NCBI GenBank assembly: GCA_964527925.1
Contig: CAZGQO010000006.1
Location: 88,983 to 152,982 of the forward strand
Source of the DNA: an uncultured Ignavibacteriaceae bacterium
GTDB taxonomy: Bacteria; Bacteroidota; Ignavibacteria; Ch128b
DNA: 64,000 nt
Direction of reading: 5' to 3'
The translations under genes and the position numbers were made by a program. This document shows, piece after piece, positions 40,761 to 51,514 of this stretch; position 1 is the first letter of the stretch; the number at the start of each line of letters is the position of its first letter. Below the pieces are notes generated by a model. That model saw only the letters and a list, made by a program, of their open reading frames with translations, was not told the origin of the DNA and searched no databases.

Positions 40761-42623
40761 CTACTTCACCACCGCCATCTTGATTATCTTGAAATTATTC
40801 TCACTTCTTAATGAACACAAATAGATTCCGCTTGAAAGTGTAGTTGAATCAATTGTAATTCTGTTTTTACCGCCAGATTGAGAAATCCCGTTTACCTTGT
40901 AAACTTCCTGTCCGAGTAAATTGAAGAGTGTAAGATTGTAACTTTCAAACTCTGGTAAGTAAAATTCTATCGTGGTTGAGGAGTTAAAAGGATTCGGATA
41001 GTTAATCATTCCAGGTTCAATCGAGTTTAAGTTCTCCTGTTCTTCTACCGAAGTCGTAACATCTGGAGAAAGTAATCGATTGAGTTTGATGAACATCGCA
41101 TCGGTTCTGACTTTTTTATCAGGTGTAACTCCGCTGTTGCTTATAATTACAACAAGTCTTTTTCCTTTTTGAAAATAAGTGGTTTTAAGTTTATACCATC
41201 TTTTGTTGAGTACACTGGTTTGATCAACATTTACATTTTGAAAATTTCCTGAAGAATCAGCTACAAGATAAGAAACATTATTTGCCTGATCTGGTCCAGG
41301 TACAATGAAAGCATAAACATCATAATATCCATCAACAGGGACATCAAAGTAATAACTAATCGACGCCGAATCACCGCCCGTTGTGTAGATTGTTGGTCCA
41401 TCATATCCAGGAACCAAACTATTTACCCAGTTTCCGTAACGAACAGCATTATTCAAATCCGAAATCTTTACAATCTGTTTATATTCACGCCAATCCGGAG
41501 TAGAAAATGGTGGATGTGCTTTTTGTTGATATCTATTTGCTTTGATTCCTTGAAAATATCCTCTCAAGTCATTTGAATACCAGATTGAATTACCTTTGTA
41601 TCCCTTTGAACGAGTTACATCAATGAATTGATAAACTGTTTCAAGAGATACTGGATTCCCGCCCGGTTTTACTGCAAAAGATGGATATGTTTTTGTTTTA
41701 TCGTTAATTAATGTTTGCATGAAATCCAGAATGCTTGCAAAAGCAGCCGGACTTTCCACATAAGATTGAACCTGAACATTATCAATTTTATTGTTATTCA
41801 CCCACCAGACCCAATCCTGACAGAAATTGTTGTATGATGTATATTGAGAAGCTGAATACAAACTTGGCGCATTTGATAAATTAAATTTTGGTCTGACTGC
41901 TTTAACACTGTCATAAATTCTTGCCTGAAATTCATTCAATTTATCAGCTCGCCATCTTATCCACGAAGCGTTTGAATAATCCTGAGGCGGAGGAGTTCCA
42001 TTATGTTCAGAACGATAAAGTGAATCAGTGTAACTATCATAACCATATTGCAGACTTGAATATCGAATTCTATCAAGTTCAAGTCCATCGATATCATAAT
42101 TTCTAACAATTTCCATCACCATTGCAATCAAAAAATCCTGCACATCCTTTCTTGTTTGAACTATCCAGTAAAAATTAGAGTTATCTTTTTCTGTCCCATC
42201 AATTTTCTTTGCGACCCAATCGGGATGTGAATCAAAAATTTTCCCCTTTCCACTATTTCCAGGATAATATTGTTCATATCCTCCAACAAATCCATATTCA
42301 AACCAGGCTTCAACATGAAGTCCATGTTTGTGAGCTTCCGCAATTGCTTCTGCAAGAACATCTCTTCCTTCGAACATAGGATCGATGTACATTCCAGTAT
42401 GTTGATAGAATACTTCGCTTTTCCATAATGGATAACCCCGACTCCATGCGTTTACATAAACAACATTAAAATTAGCAGCTGCAATACTATCGATAGCCTG
42501 AGCGAGAGCTTCCTTTGTAGTCAATTGATCTCTTGCAATCCATGTGCCCCGCAATTCTTGAGCATTAATTTGATTTATAAAAATTTCAATTAAGAAAAGG
42601 AAGAAAAAGTTTTTTAATTTCAT
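40761..42623 (-). CDS. GHL10-like secreted TIM-barrel glycosidase-like protein with a T9SS C-terminal domain. This is the third paralog. The start is placed at the internal Met (MKLKNFF...).
   Basis: 'ELRGTWIA...NFNVVYVNAW' GHL10-like N-terminus. Por tail 'NYPNPFNSSTTIEF...LTLFNLLGQEV...SGIYLCSL'. A signal peptide begins at the second Met (42623). Confidence 0.65.
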   Translation of the reverse strand: MKLKNFFFLFLIEIFINQINAQELRGTWIARDQLTTKEALAQAIDSIAAANFNVVYVNAWSRGYPLWKSEVFYQHTGMYIDPMFEGRDVLAEAIAEAHKHGLHVEAWFEYGFVGGYEQYYPGNSGKGKIFDSHPDWVAKKIDGTEKDNSNFYWIVQTRKDVQDFLIAMVMEIVRNYDIDGLELDRIRYSSLQYGYDSYTDSLYRSEHNGTPPPQDYSNASWIRWRADKLNEFQARIYDSVKAVRPKFNLSNAPSLYSASQYTSYNNFCQDWVWWVNNNKIDNVQVQSYVESPAAFASILDFMQTLINDKTKTYPSFAVKPGGNPVSLETVYQFIDVTRSKGYKGNSIWYSNDLRGYFQGIKANRYQQKAHPPFSTPDWREYKQIVKISDLNNAVRYGNWVNSLVPGYDGPTIYTTGGDSASISYYFDVPVDGYYDVYAFIVPGPDQANNVSYLVADSSGNFQNVNVDQTSVLNKRWYKLKTTYFQKGKRLVVIISNSGVTPDKKVRTDAMFIKLNRLLSPDVTTSVEEQENLNSIEPGMINYPNPFNSSTTIEFYLPEFESYNLTLFNLLGQEVYKVNGISQSGGKNRITIDSTTLSSGIYLCSLRSENNFKIIKMAVVK

Positions 42624-42753
42624 TGTTAAGATCCAGATTTTGTGAATTTTTTTAAGTTCGATTTTTGAATGGTGAATCAATTGACAAATTTGTTAATCTT
42701 ATAAATGAACATACTAATTTAAAATTATTTTTCATTGAAAAGGAGATCCGATA

Positions 42754-44988
42754 ATGGAAGCCCCCAATAAGCTTGATATTTTAACTCTTCCGATTGAAGG
42801 AATGACCTGTGCAAGTTGCGTTCTACGAGTAGAGAAAGCTTTGAAGAAAGTTGATGGCGTTCAGGAAGCTGTAGTTAATCTGGCAACTGAACAGGCTCAG
42901 GTAAAGATTGATCCACAAAAAGTTGACTTTCAAAAACTAAAAGAAGCTGTTGAAAAAGTTGGTTACAGTGTAATCGAATTCAAAGAAGAAAAGATTGCGG
43001 CGGAAGATTTAATCGAGAAAGAAAAAGAGAAACACTTAAATGAATTAAAGAATGATTTAATTTTTGCCGTTGTGTTTACAGTCCCTGTGTTTGTATTGAG
43101 TATGTTAATGATGTCAGAACCTTTTAATAATTTTTTAGGGGAATATTTTAATTATTTACCTGCAGTTTTATTTGTTTTGACATCACAGGTTGTATTTAAA
43201 AGCGGAAAAAGATTTTTCAAAATAGCCTGGAATAACCTCAAGCATCTTTCTTTTGATATGAATAGCCTTGTTGCGATTGGTACTGGTTCAGCATATATCT
43301 ACAGCACAATTATAACTTTCTTCCCAAATTTATTTCATACTATGCAAGAACATACCGAAGTTTACTACGATTCAACTGCCGTAATAATTACGCTGATTCT
43401 TTTCGGAAGATGGCTTGAAGCGAAATCGAAATCAAGAACTTCAGATGCAATTAAAAAATTGATCGGATTGAAACCAAAGACAGCCAATATTATCAGAAAT
43501 GGGAAAGAGGAAACTATCAGTATTGATGAATTGAAATTAAATGATATAGTTATCGTCAGACCAGGCGAAAAAATTCCTGCTGATGGTTTCATTATTTCTG
43601 GATTTTCCACAGTTGATGAATCGATGATTACAGGTGAAAGTATTCCTGTTGAAAAGAAAGAAGGAAACAAAGTTATTGGCGGGACAATAAACATTTCAGG
43701 AAGTTTTAAATTCAGAGTATCTGCAACAGGGAAGAAGTCTATCCTTGGACAGATAATTCGACTTGTTGAAGAAGCACAGGCATCAAAAGCTCCTATTCAA
43801 AATCTTGCAGATAAAATTGCATCTGTCTTTGTGCCTATTGTGATTGGAATTGCAGTAATTACTTTTTTAGTCTGGATGATTTTAGGTTCAACTTTTTCAA
43901 CTTCGCTTATACATTTTGTGGCAGTTTTAATTATCGCTTGTCCATGTGCACTTGGTTTAGCAACACCAACTGCTTTGATTGTCGGAACAGGAATCGGGGC
44001 AGATAATGGTATCCTAATCAAAAATGCGGAAAGTCTCGAGCTGACTCATAAAATAACTCATCTTGTACTGGATAAAACTGGTACAATTACAGAAGGAAGA
44101 CCGGAAGTAAAAGATATTATTCCATTAAAAGACAGTCTTTCTGATTATGAATTACAATTAATCTTTTCTACAGAAAATAAATCAGAACATCCAATTGCAA
44201 AATCAATCACTAAATATGCAAAAGAAAGAAATATAAACTTTATTGAACCAGATAAATTCACAAACAAAGTTGGACTTGGAATTGAAGCATATTTTGGCGA
44301 TACAAAAGTTCTTATTGGGAACGAAAGACTGATGAATGAAAATAAAATCCCAATCGGTGAACATCTGAAATTAATTGAACAGCTGACTTCAAACGGACAG
44401 ATTGTCGTATTTGCATCAATAAATAATCAATTAGTTTGTTTGATTTCAATCAGTGATCCAGTCAAGAAAAATTCAAAACTCGCAATTGAAAAAATTAAAT
44501 CTTCTGGAATCGAAGTAATAATGATAACGGGCGATAACGAAAACACTGCGCGTTCAATAGCCAATGAAGTTGGGATTGATCAATACTATGCCAGAGTTTT
44601 ACCCGAAGACAAAGCCAGAATTGTTAAAGAACTGAAAGGCGAGAAAAAAGTTGTTGCAATGGTCGGCGACGGAATCAACGATGCACCTGCACTGGCTCAA
44701 GCTGATGTAAGCATTGCAATGTCCAGCGGAACTGATATAGCAATGGAAACAGCTGATATAACTCTGATGAAAAACGATATAATGGATGTTTATAAAGCAA
44801 TAAAACTTTCTCACCTGACAATCAATGCAATAAAACAGAATTTATTCTGGGCTTTTATTTATAACATAATTGGAATTCCACTTGCTGCACTGGGAGTATT
44901 AAATCCAATGATTGCTGCTGCGGCAATGTCTATGAGCTCAGTCTCGGTAGTAACTAATTCATTGCGAATAAGAAGAAAAAAGCTTTAA
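42754..44988 (+). CDS. copA: Copper-translocating P1B-type ATPase with an N-terminal HMA domain.
   Basis: '[15 protein letters not shown]' HMA motif, 'CPC' transmembrane metal site, 'DKTGTITEG' phosphorylation motif and '[10 protein letters not shown]' hinge. Confidence 0.9.
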   Translation: MEAPNKLDILTLPIEGMTCASCVLRVEKALKKVDGVQEAVVNLATEQAQVKIDPQKVDFQKLKEAVEKVGYSVIEFKEEKIAAEDLIEKEKEKHLNELKNDLIFAVVFTVPVFVLSMLMMSEPFNNFLGEYFNYLPAVLFVLTSQVVFKSGKRFFKIAWNNLKHLSFDMNSLVAIGTGSAYIYSTIITFFPNLFHTMQEHTEVYYDSTAVIITLILFGRWLEAKSKSRTSDAIKKLIGLKPKTANIIRNGKEETISIDELKLNDIVIVRPGEKIPADGFIISGFSTVDESMITGESIPVEKKEGNKVIGGTINISGSFKFRVSATGKKSILGQIIRLVEEAQASKAPIQNLADKIASVFVPIVIGIAVITFLVWMILGSTFSTSLIHFVAVLIIACPCALGLATPTALIVGTGIGADNGILIKNAESLELTHKITHLVLDKTGTITEGRPEVKDIIPLKDSLSDYELQLIFSTENKSEHPIAKSITKYAKERNINFIEPDKFTNKVGLGIEAYFGDTKVLIGNERLMNENKIPIGEHLKLIEQLTSNGQIVVFASINNQLVCLISISDPVKKNSKLAIEKIKSSGIEVIMITGDNENTARSIANEVGIDQYYARVLPEDKARIVKELKGEKKVVAMVGDGINDAPALAQADVSIAMSSGTDIAMETADITLMKNDIMDVYKAIKLSHLTINAIKQNLFWAFIYNIIGIPLAALGVLNPMIAAAAMSMSSVSVVTNSLRIRRKKL

Positions 44989-45045
44989 ATTGCTTGCGAA
45001 TTGTTTAGTATTCATATTTATAAATAAAACATTAGGAGAGAAATC

Positions 45046-45330
45046 ATGAAAAAACTAATTGCTCTGGTAGTAATTGTTGTTCTAACAGCAACTCTTAGCA
45101 TTGCTCAAATGCAGGATAAACAGAATAAAGTTTCACAGGAGACAAAGGTTGAGAAAGTTGAAAAGAAAGATGGCTGCTGCTCAACCGATAAATCAAAAAC
45201 TAAAGCAGAAAAAACTGAGTCCTGTGTTACAGAAAAATCAAAGGACAAAGCTGATGCAGATGACTGCTGCAAGACAGATAAATCTAAAACAAATGATGTA
45301 AAACAAACACCCAAAGAACAGAACAACTAA
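45046..45330 (+). CDS. Small secreted Lys/Asp-rich protein with two repeats of the motif 'D-x-CC-(S/K)-TDKSKT'. Putative periplasmic metal-binding partner of CopA.
   Basis: GGAGAG RBS 8 nt upstream. Signal peptide 'MKKLIALVVIVVLTATLSIAQ'. Sits 57 bp downstream of copA and is followed by a strong terminator. The overlapping alternative-frame ORFs are low-complexity artefacts. Confidence 0.55.
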   Translation: MKKLIALVVIVVLTATLSIAQMQDKQNKVSQETKVEKVEKKDGCCSTDKSKTKAEKTESCVTEKSKDKADADDCCKTDKSKTNDVKQTPKEQNN

Positions 45331-45364
45331 GTTTTCATCAATATGTCCCACTTTCAGTTATTCG

Positions 45365-45398
45365 GGAGTTTCACCCAGTAGTGAAACTCCTTTTTTGT
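45365..45398 (+). terminator. Rho-independent terminator ending the copA plus small-protein unit.
   Basis: Stem ggagtttcac / gtgaaactcc followed by TTTTTTGTTTT. Confidence 0.7.
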
Positions 45399-45873
45399 TT
45401 TAAAACCAATATACTAAAGATAAAAAAGTTGCCTAACGAAAATTGAAATCAGATTTTTATTTGTTTGAAATTTTTTGCTTGATAGACTTCTTTGACTATT
45501 TCCTAATGATTGTTTTTTTATTTCTTCCATATCAATTACTATAACTGTTTTTCAACATTTCTTAAAGTCTCAATTTTAAAAAGGCATTGTCTTTGTCCGC
45601 AATAAACTTTTCATTTTGTTAATGTCAGTTTGTGTTATGTTCCAAATTATGGTCATCATTAACTTGTTTTAGGCTATCGCATAACGTTTTAGTGTTTGGC
45701 GCATTAGTGGTTCTAATAACAAAATGCCGTTAATAAACCAAAAAGGTTAATGAGAGGTAGAGCGTTCAATTAAATCATTTCACCCACAATTTCTGCAAAA
45801 CCGTTGATACCACTTAACTTCAATCAATTTCAGTCAAATAAGCTCGATTGATATTGTTTTGTCGGACTGTTTA

Positions 45874-46865
45874 TTATCTTTTTTTATCATTAAGTTTAGG
45901 GTCAGTTTGTCCGTTTGCAGTTACAAATTCATGATTTGAATGTTTATCGAAAAATTTAACTATATCCATACTATTTGAAAATTCAACACCTCCCAACTTT
46001 ATCAAATCTATATTTCCTTGTGGAGCGAGTTTAAATACTCGTGGACTTAAGACAAAACAAGGAATACCCATTTCAACGCAGTTTTGCCTGCATCATAAGT
46101 TCCACTCATTTTTCCTGAACTGTCTCGTTCAGGTCCGGATTTTATTACTACAATTGCTTCTGACATTGCACAAACAAGTTTGTTTCTTATCATTGCATTT
46201 TGTCCTGAAAATTTTTCGTGTGGTGAAAATTGAGTAACAAATAATGCATTTTTTCCCCAATTAAAATTTTTAAGTTCTTTTTTAATTCTAAGATGGTTTA
46301 TCCCAAAGCTCAAAATCATTGTCGTTGTTCCGTGAGCTTCAAGAGCACCTAAATGTGCAAAAGTATCGACACCTTTTGCATAGCCTGAAATCACATTAAT
46401 TCCGATTTCTGCTAATTTTTGAGCAATTCTTTTAGTTATTATAATTTCAAAATCGCCAACATCTCTTGCTCCTACAATTGAAACACCTTTTTGATTAAGC
46501 AATGGTAAATATCCTTTACAATACAAAATTGGAGGTGCATCATCACTCATATTTTGTAATATGTATCTTGGGTATCAATCATCATCAAGCCCATTAATTG
46601 TAACTCCATCAGCTTTTAGTTTTTCAAAATTGGTAAATAGCTTTTAATCAGAATCTAATTTTGGAAAGCAGGCGAAATTTGCTCGTGAAAATTTTCCACG
46701 TCCTATTTCTGGAAAAAATTTTGATAGTTTATTTGTGTCTAAGTTAAACAAATCATTTATCGTCATATTGTTAGCTTGCAACCTTTTATAAATGTAATGA
46801 ATGCTTTTAGCACCAAAACCGGGCGCATTTGAAAGCTTATACCAAGAATATTCTTTATCTATCAT
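45874..46865 (-). pseudogene. dprA: DNA-processing protein DprA (Smf), decayed. It carries two in-frame stops (TAA at 46644-46646 and TGA at about 46575-46577) and a -1/+1 frameshift near 46070.
   Basis: The three pieces are in DprA domain order. The N-terminal SAM-like piece has 'WYKLSNAPGFGAKSIHYIYKRL'. The Rossmann piece has 'VSIVGARDVG...SGYAKGVDTFAH'. The C-terminal piece 'GIPCFVLSPRVF...NIDLIKLGG' is in another frame. The interval between pieces 1 and 2 translates in-frame to '...GLDDD*YPRYIL'. Confidence 0.65.
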
Positions 46866-47454
46866 CTTTTTGAACGTGTTTTAGTTATTGTCAAAACGTA
46901 TACTCGTCTTGCTTTACCTTCATTGATGATAACGTCACAAACTGCCTTTAGTGTTTCTCCTGAACGATATAAGTCGTCAAAAATTAGAACATTTTTCTCC
47001 CTTAAAGCCTCAGCTTTAACATTAAAAGTATCTTTTAAAATTTCTCTACTTGTGTCAGAAACGTCTATATCTTTGAGTTGGAAAGTGGATTTTACCTTTT
47101 CTAATGTATTGAAGTCAACAGGAACTCCAATAAGCTGTCCTATAAATTTTGCTATTTCGTAAACTGGTTGAAATTCTCTCGTTAAACAGAAGGAGGAATT
47201 GGAATAATTACGTCAAGACTCCAATTAATCATTTTAGAAGTCAAAAATTTTGACGCAGCAATCGCAATATTTTCTGCTCGGGGCCTTTCATTTCTATATT
47301 TAAGTAAATACAGTTCCTCTGCAATAGGTGTTTGCTCTGTATCAAACAATTTTATTTCAGGTGCTATGGGAATACTGCGTATAGTGTGTAGGTCTAATGC
47401 CCATCCTTCGTTCCAAGGTCCAATTAATTTCTGTGGATTTATTTTTATATTCAT
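46862..47454 (-). pseudogene. comF: ComF-like phosphoribosyltransferase-domain competence protein, decayed. It has an in-frame TAA at 47182-47184 and a frameshift about 30 nt downstream, and lacks an N-terminal zinc ribbon.
   Basis: Frame-N '...DVIIPIPPSV*RENFNQ' matches the ComF 'PVPLH..R...RGFNQ' block. The continuation 'VYEIAKFIGQLIGVPVDF...VLIFDDLYRSGETLKAV' (the PRTase motif) is in another frame. The stop overlaps the dprA start (ATGA). Confidence 0.55.
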
Positions 47455-48307
47455 TCTATTTTCAGAATGGTTGTCAATAAAAATCTTAATGAAAGATACT
47501 TAATTCTACATTAAATATCATATTTAAAGAGTGTTTACCGAAAATATAAGTTCTTATGAATAAATTTGAATTCATTGATAAATATTCAAAACAGCTTACT
47601 CTAAAAAATTATTCTGATAAAACCAATATTTGCATAACCTAATCTTTTACTCATTTATATAATCACTTCAAAAATATCTTTAATCGAGTCAAAAGCTTTA
47701 ATTGATTACTTAATCAATTTTAAACATCAAAGAAGATTCTCCTACTTAGCAATAAAACAATCACTTGCCTATGTTCACTTTCTTTTTCTTAATGTCTTTT
47801 AAAAGAAATTGTATTCAATTTTTTTCAAAAATAAAAAAATAACCGAAATGTATTAACAACTGAAGAAGTAAAGATAAATACAAACTCAATCGGAAGTATA
47901 AAATATAGAGTAATAATTTAATATATATTTGACTGTGTATTCAGAATTTAAGAGCAGTGAATTTTAAAATCAATTAATTTGACCCAACTGAAATGAAAGT
48001 AAGAATAATAAATGCAAAAAGAAAAGATGATCTTATAGTTATGTTTTCGAGTCTGGATATACTGCTCTTCAGCATTGTTAATTTTTCAAAAGTTTGTCTG
48101 GGAAAAGTAATTTATGAGTGAGCCCATTTGTATTTCCAACAAAATTACAAACAATATCTTGATGAAAAATAATTATCAGTTTAGATGAAGATTTATAAAT
48201 TTAAAACTTTTAGATTCTCCTTCAGAGATTTATTCAATAAAATTCAATAAGTTAGCATTTGAAAATCAATAAAAATCCATATTGAGAATAGAAATTACAA
48301 AGGTTTT

Positions 48308-49135
48308 ATGTTCGAAATTGGTTCAATTAAAATAAGCAATTCTCTTCCCTTTGTCTTGATTGCAGGTCCCTGCGTTGTTGAAAACAGAGAAATGATTCTC
48401 TCAACAGCAGAAAAAATCGTAAACATCACAAGTAAACTTGAAATTCCATATATCTTTAAGTCATCATATAGAAAAGCTAATCGAACATCCGTTACTTCAT
48501 TTACTGGAATTGGCGATGAAAAAGCATTGATGATTTTGAAAGAAGTGAAGGGACAATTCAATATTCCCGTTCTGACTGATGTTCACTCCGTTGATGAAGT
48601 TAAAATGGCTGCTGAGGTTGTTGACATTCTTCAGATCCCTGCATTCTTATGTCGTCAAACTGATTTGTTGGTCGAAGCCGGTAAAACAAATAAAGCCGTT
48701 AACATAAAAAAGGGACAGTTCCTGGCCCCCGATGAAATTAAATATGCTGCAGATAAAGTTAAATCAACAGGCAATGAAAAAATTTTATTGACCGAACGAG
48801 GTTCAACTTTTGGATATCATAATCTTGTTGTTGATATGAGATCACTAGTGATTATGAAAAAATTAGGTTATCCTGTGATTATGGATGCAACTCATGCAAT
48901 TCAAATTCCTGGACTTGGCGGGAAATCTGGCGGTGCAAGAGAATTTATCCCATACCTTGCAAAAGCAGCGATATCAATTGGAATTGCAGGACTTTTCCTT
49001 GAAACTCATCCAGAACCTTCAAAAGCTTTAAGTGATGCTGATTCACAATTTCCACTCAATCACCTTGAAGAATTATTGGTACAGGTTAAACAAATAGATA
49101 ATCTTATCAAACAGTTCAAAGAAATTGAGATTTAA
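48308..49135 (+). CDS. kdsA: 3-deoxy-8-phosphooctulonate (Kdo-8-P) synthase.
   Basis: 'PFVLIAGPCVVE' and KdsA-family architecture (275 aa). Confidence 0.9.
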   Translation: MFEIGSIKISNSLPFVLIAGPCVVENREMILSTAEKIVNITSKLEIPYIFKSSYRKANRTSVTSFTGIGDEKALMILKEVKGQFNIPVLTDVHSVDEVKMAAEVVDILQIPAFLCRQTDLLVEAGKTNKAVNIKKGQFLAPDEIKYAADKVKSTGNEKILLTERGSTFGYHNLVVDMRSLVIMKKLGYPVIMDATHAIQIPGLGGKSGGAREFIPYLAKAAISIGIAGLFLETHPEPSKALSDADSQFPLNHLEELLVQVKQIDNLIKQFKEIEI

Positions 49136-49238
49136 ATTCACTTTTCTCGTTGATAAAATTTCATTTTGAAAGTCTGGAAATTCAAAACTCTTTGAAAACT
49201 TGTAAATCCTTTAATCAATCAGAAAGTCATATTCAATC

Positions 49239-49754
49239 ATGAAAAAAGAACTAAAAGAAAAAATCAAACAAATAAAATTTCTAATTCTTGATGTCGATGG
49301 TGTTTTAACTGACGGGAGTATAGTTTACACTTCACATGGCGAAGAAATAAAAACTTTTAATGTTCACGATGGCTATGGCATTGAACTTCTGCGGCAATCT
49401 GGAATACCGGTCGGGATTATTACTGGGCGAGTTTCTGAAGTTGTTGAAAAACGAGCTAAAGACTTGAAGATTGAAGATCTTATTCAGGGAACAATTGATA
49501 AAGTCCCCGCTGCTGAATCATTTGCAAAAAAATACAATATCACTTTACAAGAAATGGCTTTCATGGGAGATGATTTGTTTGATATTCCGCTTCTTCAAAA
49601 AGTTGGTTTTTCCTGTGCACCCAAAAACGCAAGAAAAGAAGTCAGACGAATAGTTGATTATGTAACGAAAAAAGAAGGCGGAAAAGGTGCAGTAAGAGAA
49701 GTAATCGATTTAATTCTCGAAGTTCAAAAATCAAAAGAAAAAGAATCTAATTAA
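49239..49754 (+). CDS. kdsC: Kdo-8-phosphate phosphatase (HAD superfamily).
   Basis: 'IKFLILDVDGVLTDGSIVY' HAD motif I, 'GDDLFD' motif. 171 aa. Confidence 0.85.
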   Translation: MKKELKEKIKQIKFLILDVDGVLTDGSIVYTSHGEEIKTFNVHDGYGIELLRQSGIPVGIITGRVSEVVEKRAKDLKIEDLIQGTIDKVPAAESFAKKYNITLQEMAFMGDDLFDIPLLQKVGFSCAPKNARKEVRRIVDYVTKKEGGKGAVREVIDLILEVQKSKEKESN

Positions 49755-49769
49755 TTTATGATTGATTGA

Positions 49770-50543
49770 ATGAGTTCAAGTTATAACGGACAAAGTTTTC
49801 CAAAGCAATTAAGCGAGATTGAAAAGTACTGGTTGTATAAAATTCTACCAGAGAACAGAAGCATCTATAAAATTTATCGAGACAAGATTAACCAACTTTA
49901 TGTGATTGGATATGGAAAATTTCCACCATTCAATTTAATTCTTGGAAACAAAGATGACCTGCCTGATTTAACAATCCCATCTCAACCAATAATTGCAACT
50001 GGGACTTTTCGTTATGATAAAGGGAAAGTTGATGTAACGATTTTTGAGGAAGCTGAAAATCAAATTGAAATTGATATTCATTCAGATCAATTTTATTACT
50101 TTGATCTGAATCAATCCGAATTAATGAATAAAGAGATTTCGTGGTTTACTTATTCAAATTGGCTCCCAGGTTTGAATCATCCAGAGGATAATTCAGAATT
50201 AAGATTGATAATTCTTGAAAAGGATAAATTTTGTCTGGCAATCTCACCAAATCATAAAAGAATATGGATTTATGATTATGATACACAGGTTTTAAAATTT
50301 TTGCCTGTAACGAATTTCTATCAAGATCTTCTTAAAGTTTCAAAGATCTACGATCCTAAACTTGTAACCAACATAAACTACTTTTTTCAGAATCTTGATA
50401 AATTTTCGGATTCACAGATTAAAGATGCTTTCTTAAATTATAATCGTTTATGGAAAAAAGTTGAACTCGTTCAACCAAAAGACGAAAAGAAAAAAGAAAA
50501 CTTTTTCCAGAAACTACTTGCGAGGATTTTATGGAAAAAATAA
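49770..50543 (+). CDS. Hypothetical soluble protein embedded between kdsC and kdsD.
   Basis: ORF with stop/start overlap into kdsD. No signal peptide and no recognised family. Confidence 0.5.
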   Translation: MSSSYNGQSFPKQLSEIEKYWLYKILPENRSIYKIYRDKINQLYVIGYGKFPPFNLILGNKDDLPDLTIPSQPIIATGTFRYDKGKVDVTIFEEAENQIEIDIHSDQFYYFDLNQSELMNKEISWFTYSNWLPGLNHPEDNSELRLIILEKDKFCLAISPNHKRIWIYDYDTQVLKFLPVTNFYQDLLKVSKIYDPKLVTNINYFFQNLDKFSDSQIKDAFLNYNRLWKKVELVQPKDEKKKENFFQKLLARILWKK

Positions 50544-51502
50544 TTCAGGATGGAAAAGAAGTCATTAGAATCGAATCAAATGCTGTCAAAAATCTTGAAA
50601 GCAGAATCAACGAAAAATTCGCAAAAGCAGTTGAAGTAATCCTAAATACAAAAGGGCGTGTAATAATTTCAGGAGTTGGCAAGTCGGGAATCATCGCTCG
50701 TAAAATTGTTGCAACAATGAATTCAACTGGCACTCCAGCTCTCTTCATGCATCCAAGCGATGCAATTCATGGCGACCTTGGTATGGTAAGAATGGATGAT
50801 GTGGTGATTCTAATTTCAAAGTCTGGAAGCACACCCGAAATTGTTCGCATCTTCCCTGTCTTAAGAAGAATTGGAACTAAAATAATTGCACTTGTTGGAA
50901 ACTTAAAATCATTTCTTGCAAATGAAGCAGATATTGTTCTCGATGTTTCTGTTGATGAAGAAGCATGTCCCTATGATTTAGCTCCCACATCATCCACAAC
51001 AGCAACACTTGTAATGGGAGACGCACTCGCAATTGCACTTCTAAAAGCAAAAAATTTTACGAAAGAACAATTCGCTTTTTATCATCCTGGCGGAACTCTT
51101 GGCAAAAGATTAACTCTCAAAGTTGAAGAAATTATGACCAAAGGTGAACATGTTCCTGTTGTTCATCAGGATACAGATTTGCATTCAGCAATTCTTGTGA
51201 TGACTTCAAAAAGACTTGGTGCAACCTGTGTTGTTGATGACAATAATAAACTCGTTGGAATAATTACTGACGGCGATTTAAGAAGAGCGATGGAAAAATT
51301 TTCTGACCTTTCATCTCTGAAAGCAAAAGATGTGATGGGGAAAAATCCGAAATCAATCAAACCTGATGTCCTTGCTTCTTATGCAATTCAACTTATGGAA
51401 ACTTACAAAATCACTCAGTTAATTTGTGTGAACGATGAGAATCACCCAATTGGAATGGTTCACCTGCATGATCTTGTTAATCTTGGTTTTATAACAACCT
51501 GA
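50531..51502 (+). CDS. kdsD: Arabinose-5-phosphate isomerase (SIS plus tandem CBS domains).
   Basis: 'VIISGVGKSGIIARKIVATMNSTGTPALFMHPSDAIHGDLG' SIS motif and C-terminal CBS pair. Confidence 0.9.
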   Translation: MEKIIQDGKEVIRIESNAVKNLESRINEKFAKAVEVILNTKGRVIISGVGKSGIIARKIVATMNSTGTPALFMHPSDAIHGDLGMVRMDDVVILISKSGSTPEIVRIFPVLRRIGTKIIALVGNLKSFLANEADIVLDVSVDEEACPYDLAPTSSTTATLVMGDALAIALLKAKNFTKEQFAFYHPGGTLGKRLTLKVEEIMTKGEHVPVVHQDTDLHSAILVMTSKRLGATCVVDDNNKLVGIITDGDLRRAMEKFSDLSSLKAKDVMGKNPKSIKPDVLASYAIQLMETYKITQLICVNDENHPIGMVHLHDLVNLGFITT

Positions 51503-51514
51503 CAAAATTAATCC

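Noticed and set aside
45101-45326. Two additional overlapping ORFs (plus-strand 66 aa and minus-strand 73 aa) in the lysine-rich small-protein locus
   Set aside because: Low-complexity AAG/AAA/GAT repeats keep every frame open. Only the 45046 frame has an RBS and a signal peptide.
46923-47162. 79-aa plus-strand ORF
   Set aside because: It is antisense to the comF-like PRTase remnant, whose translation matches a known family.
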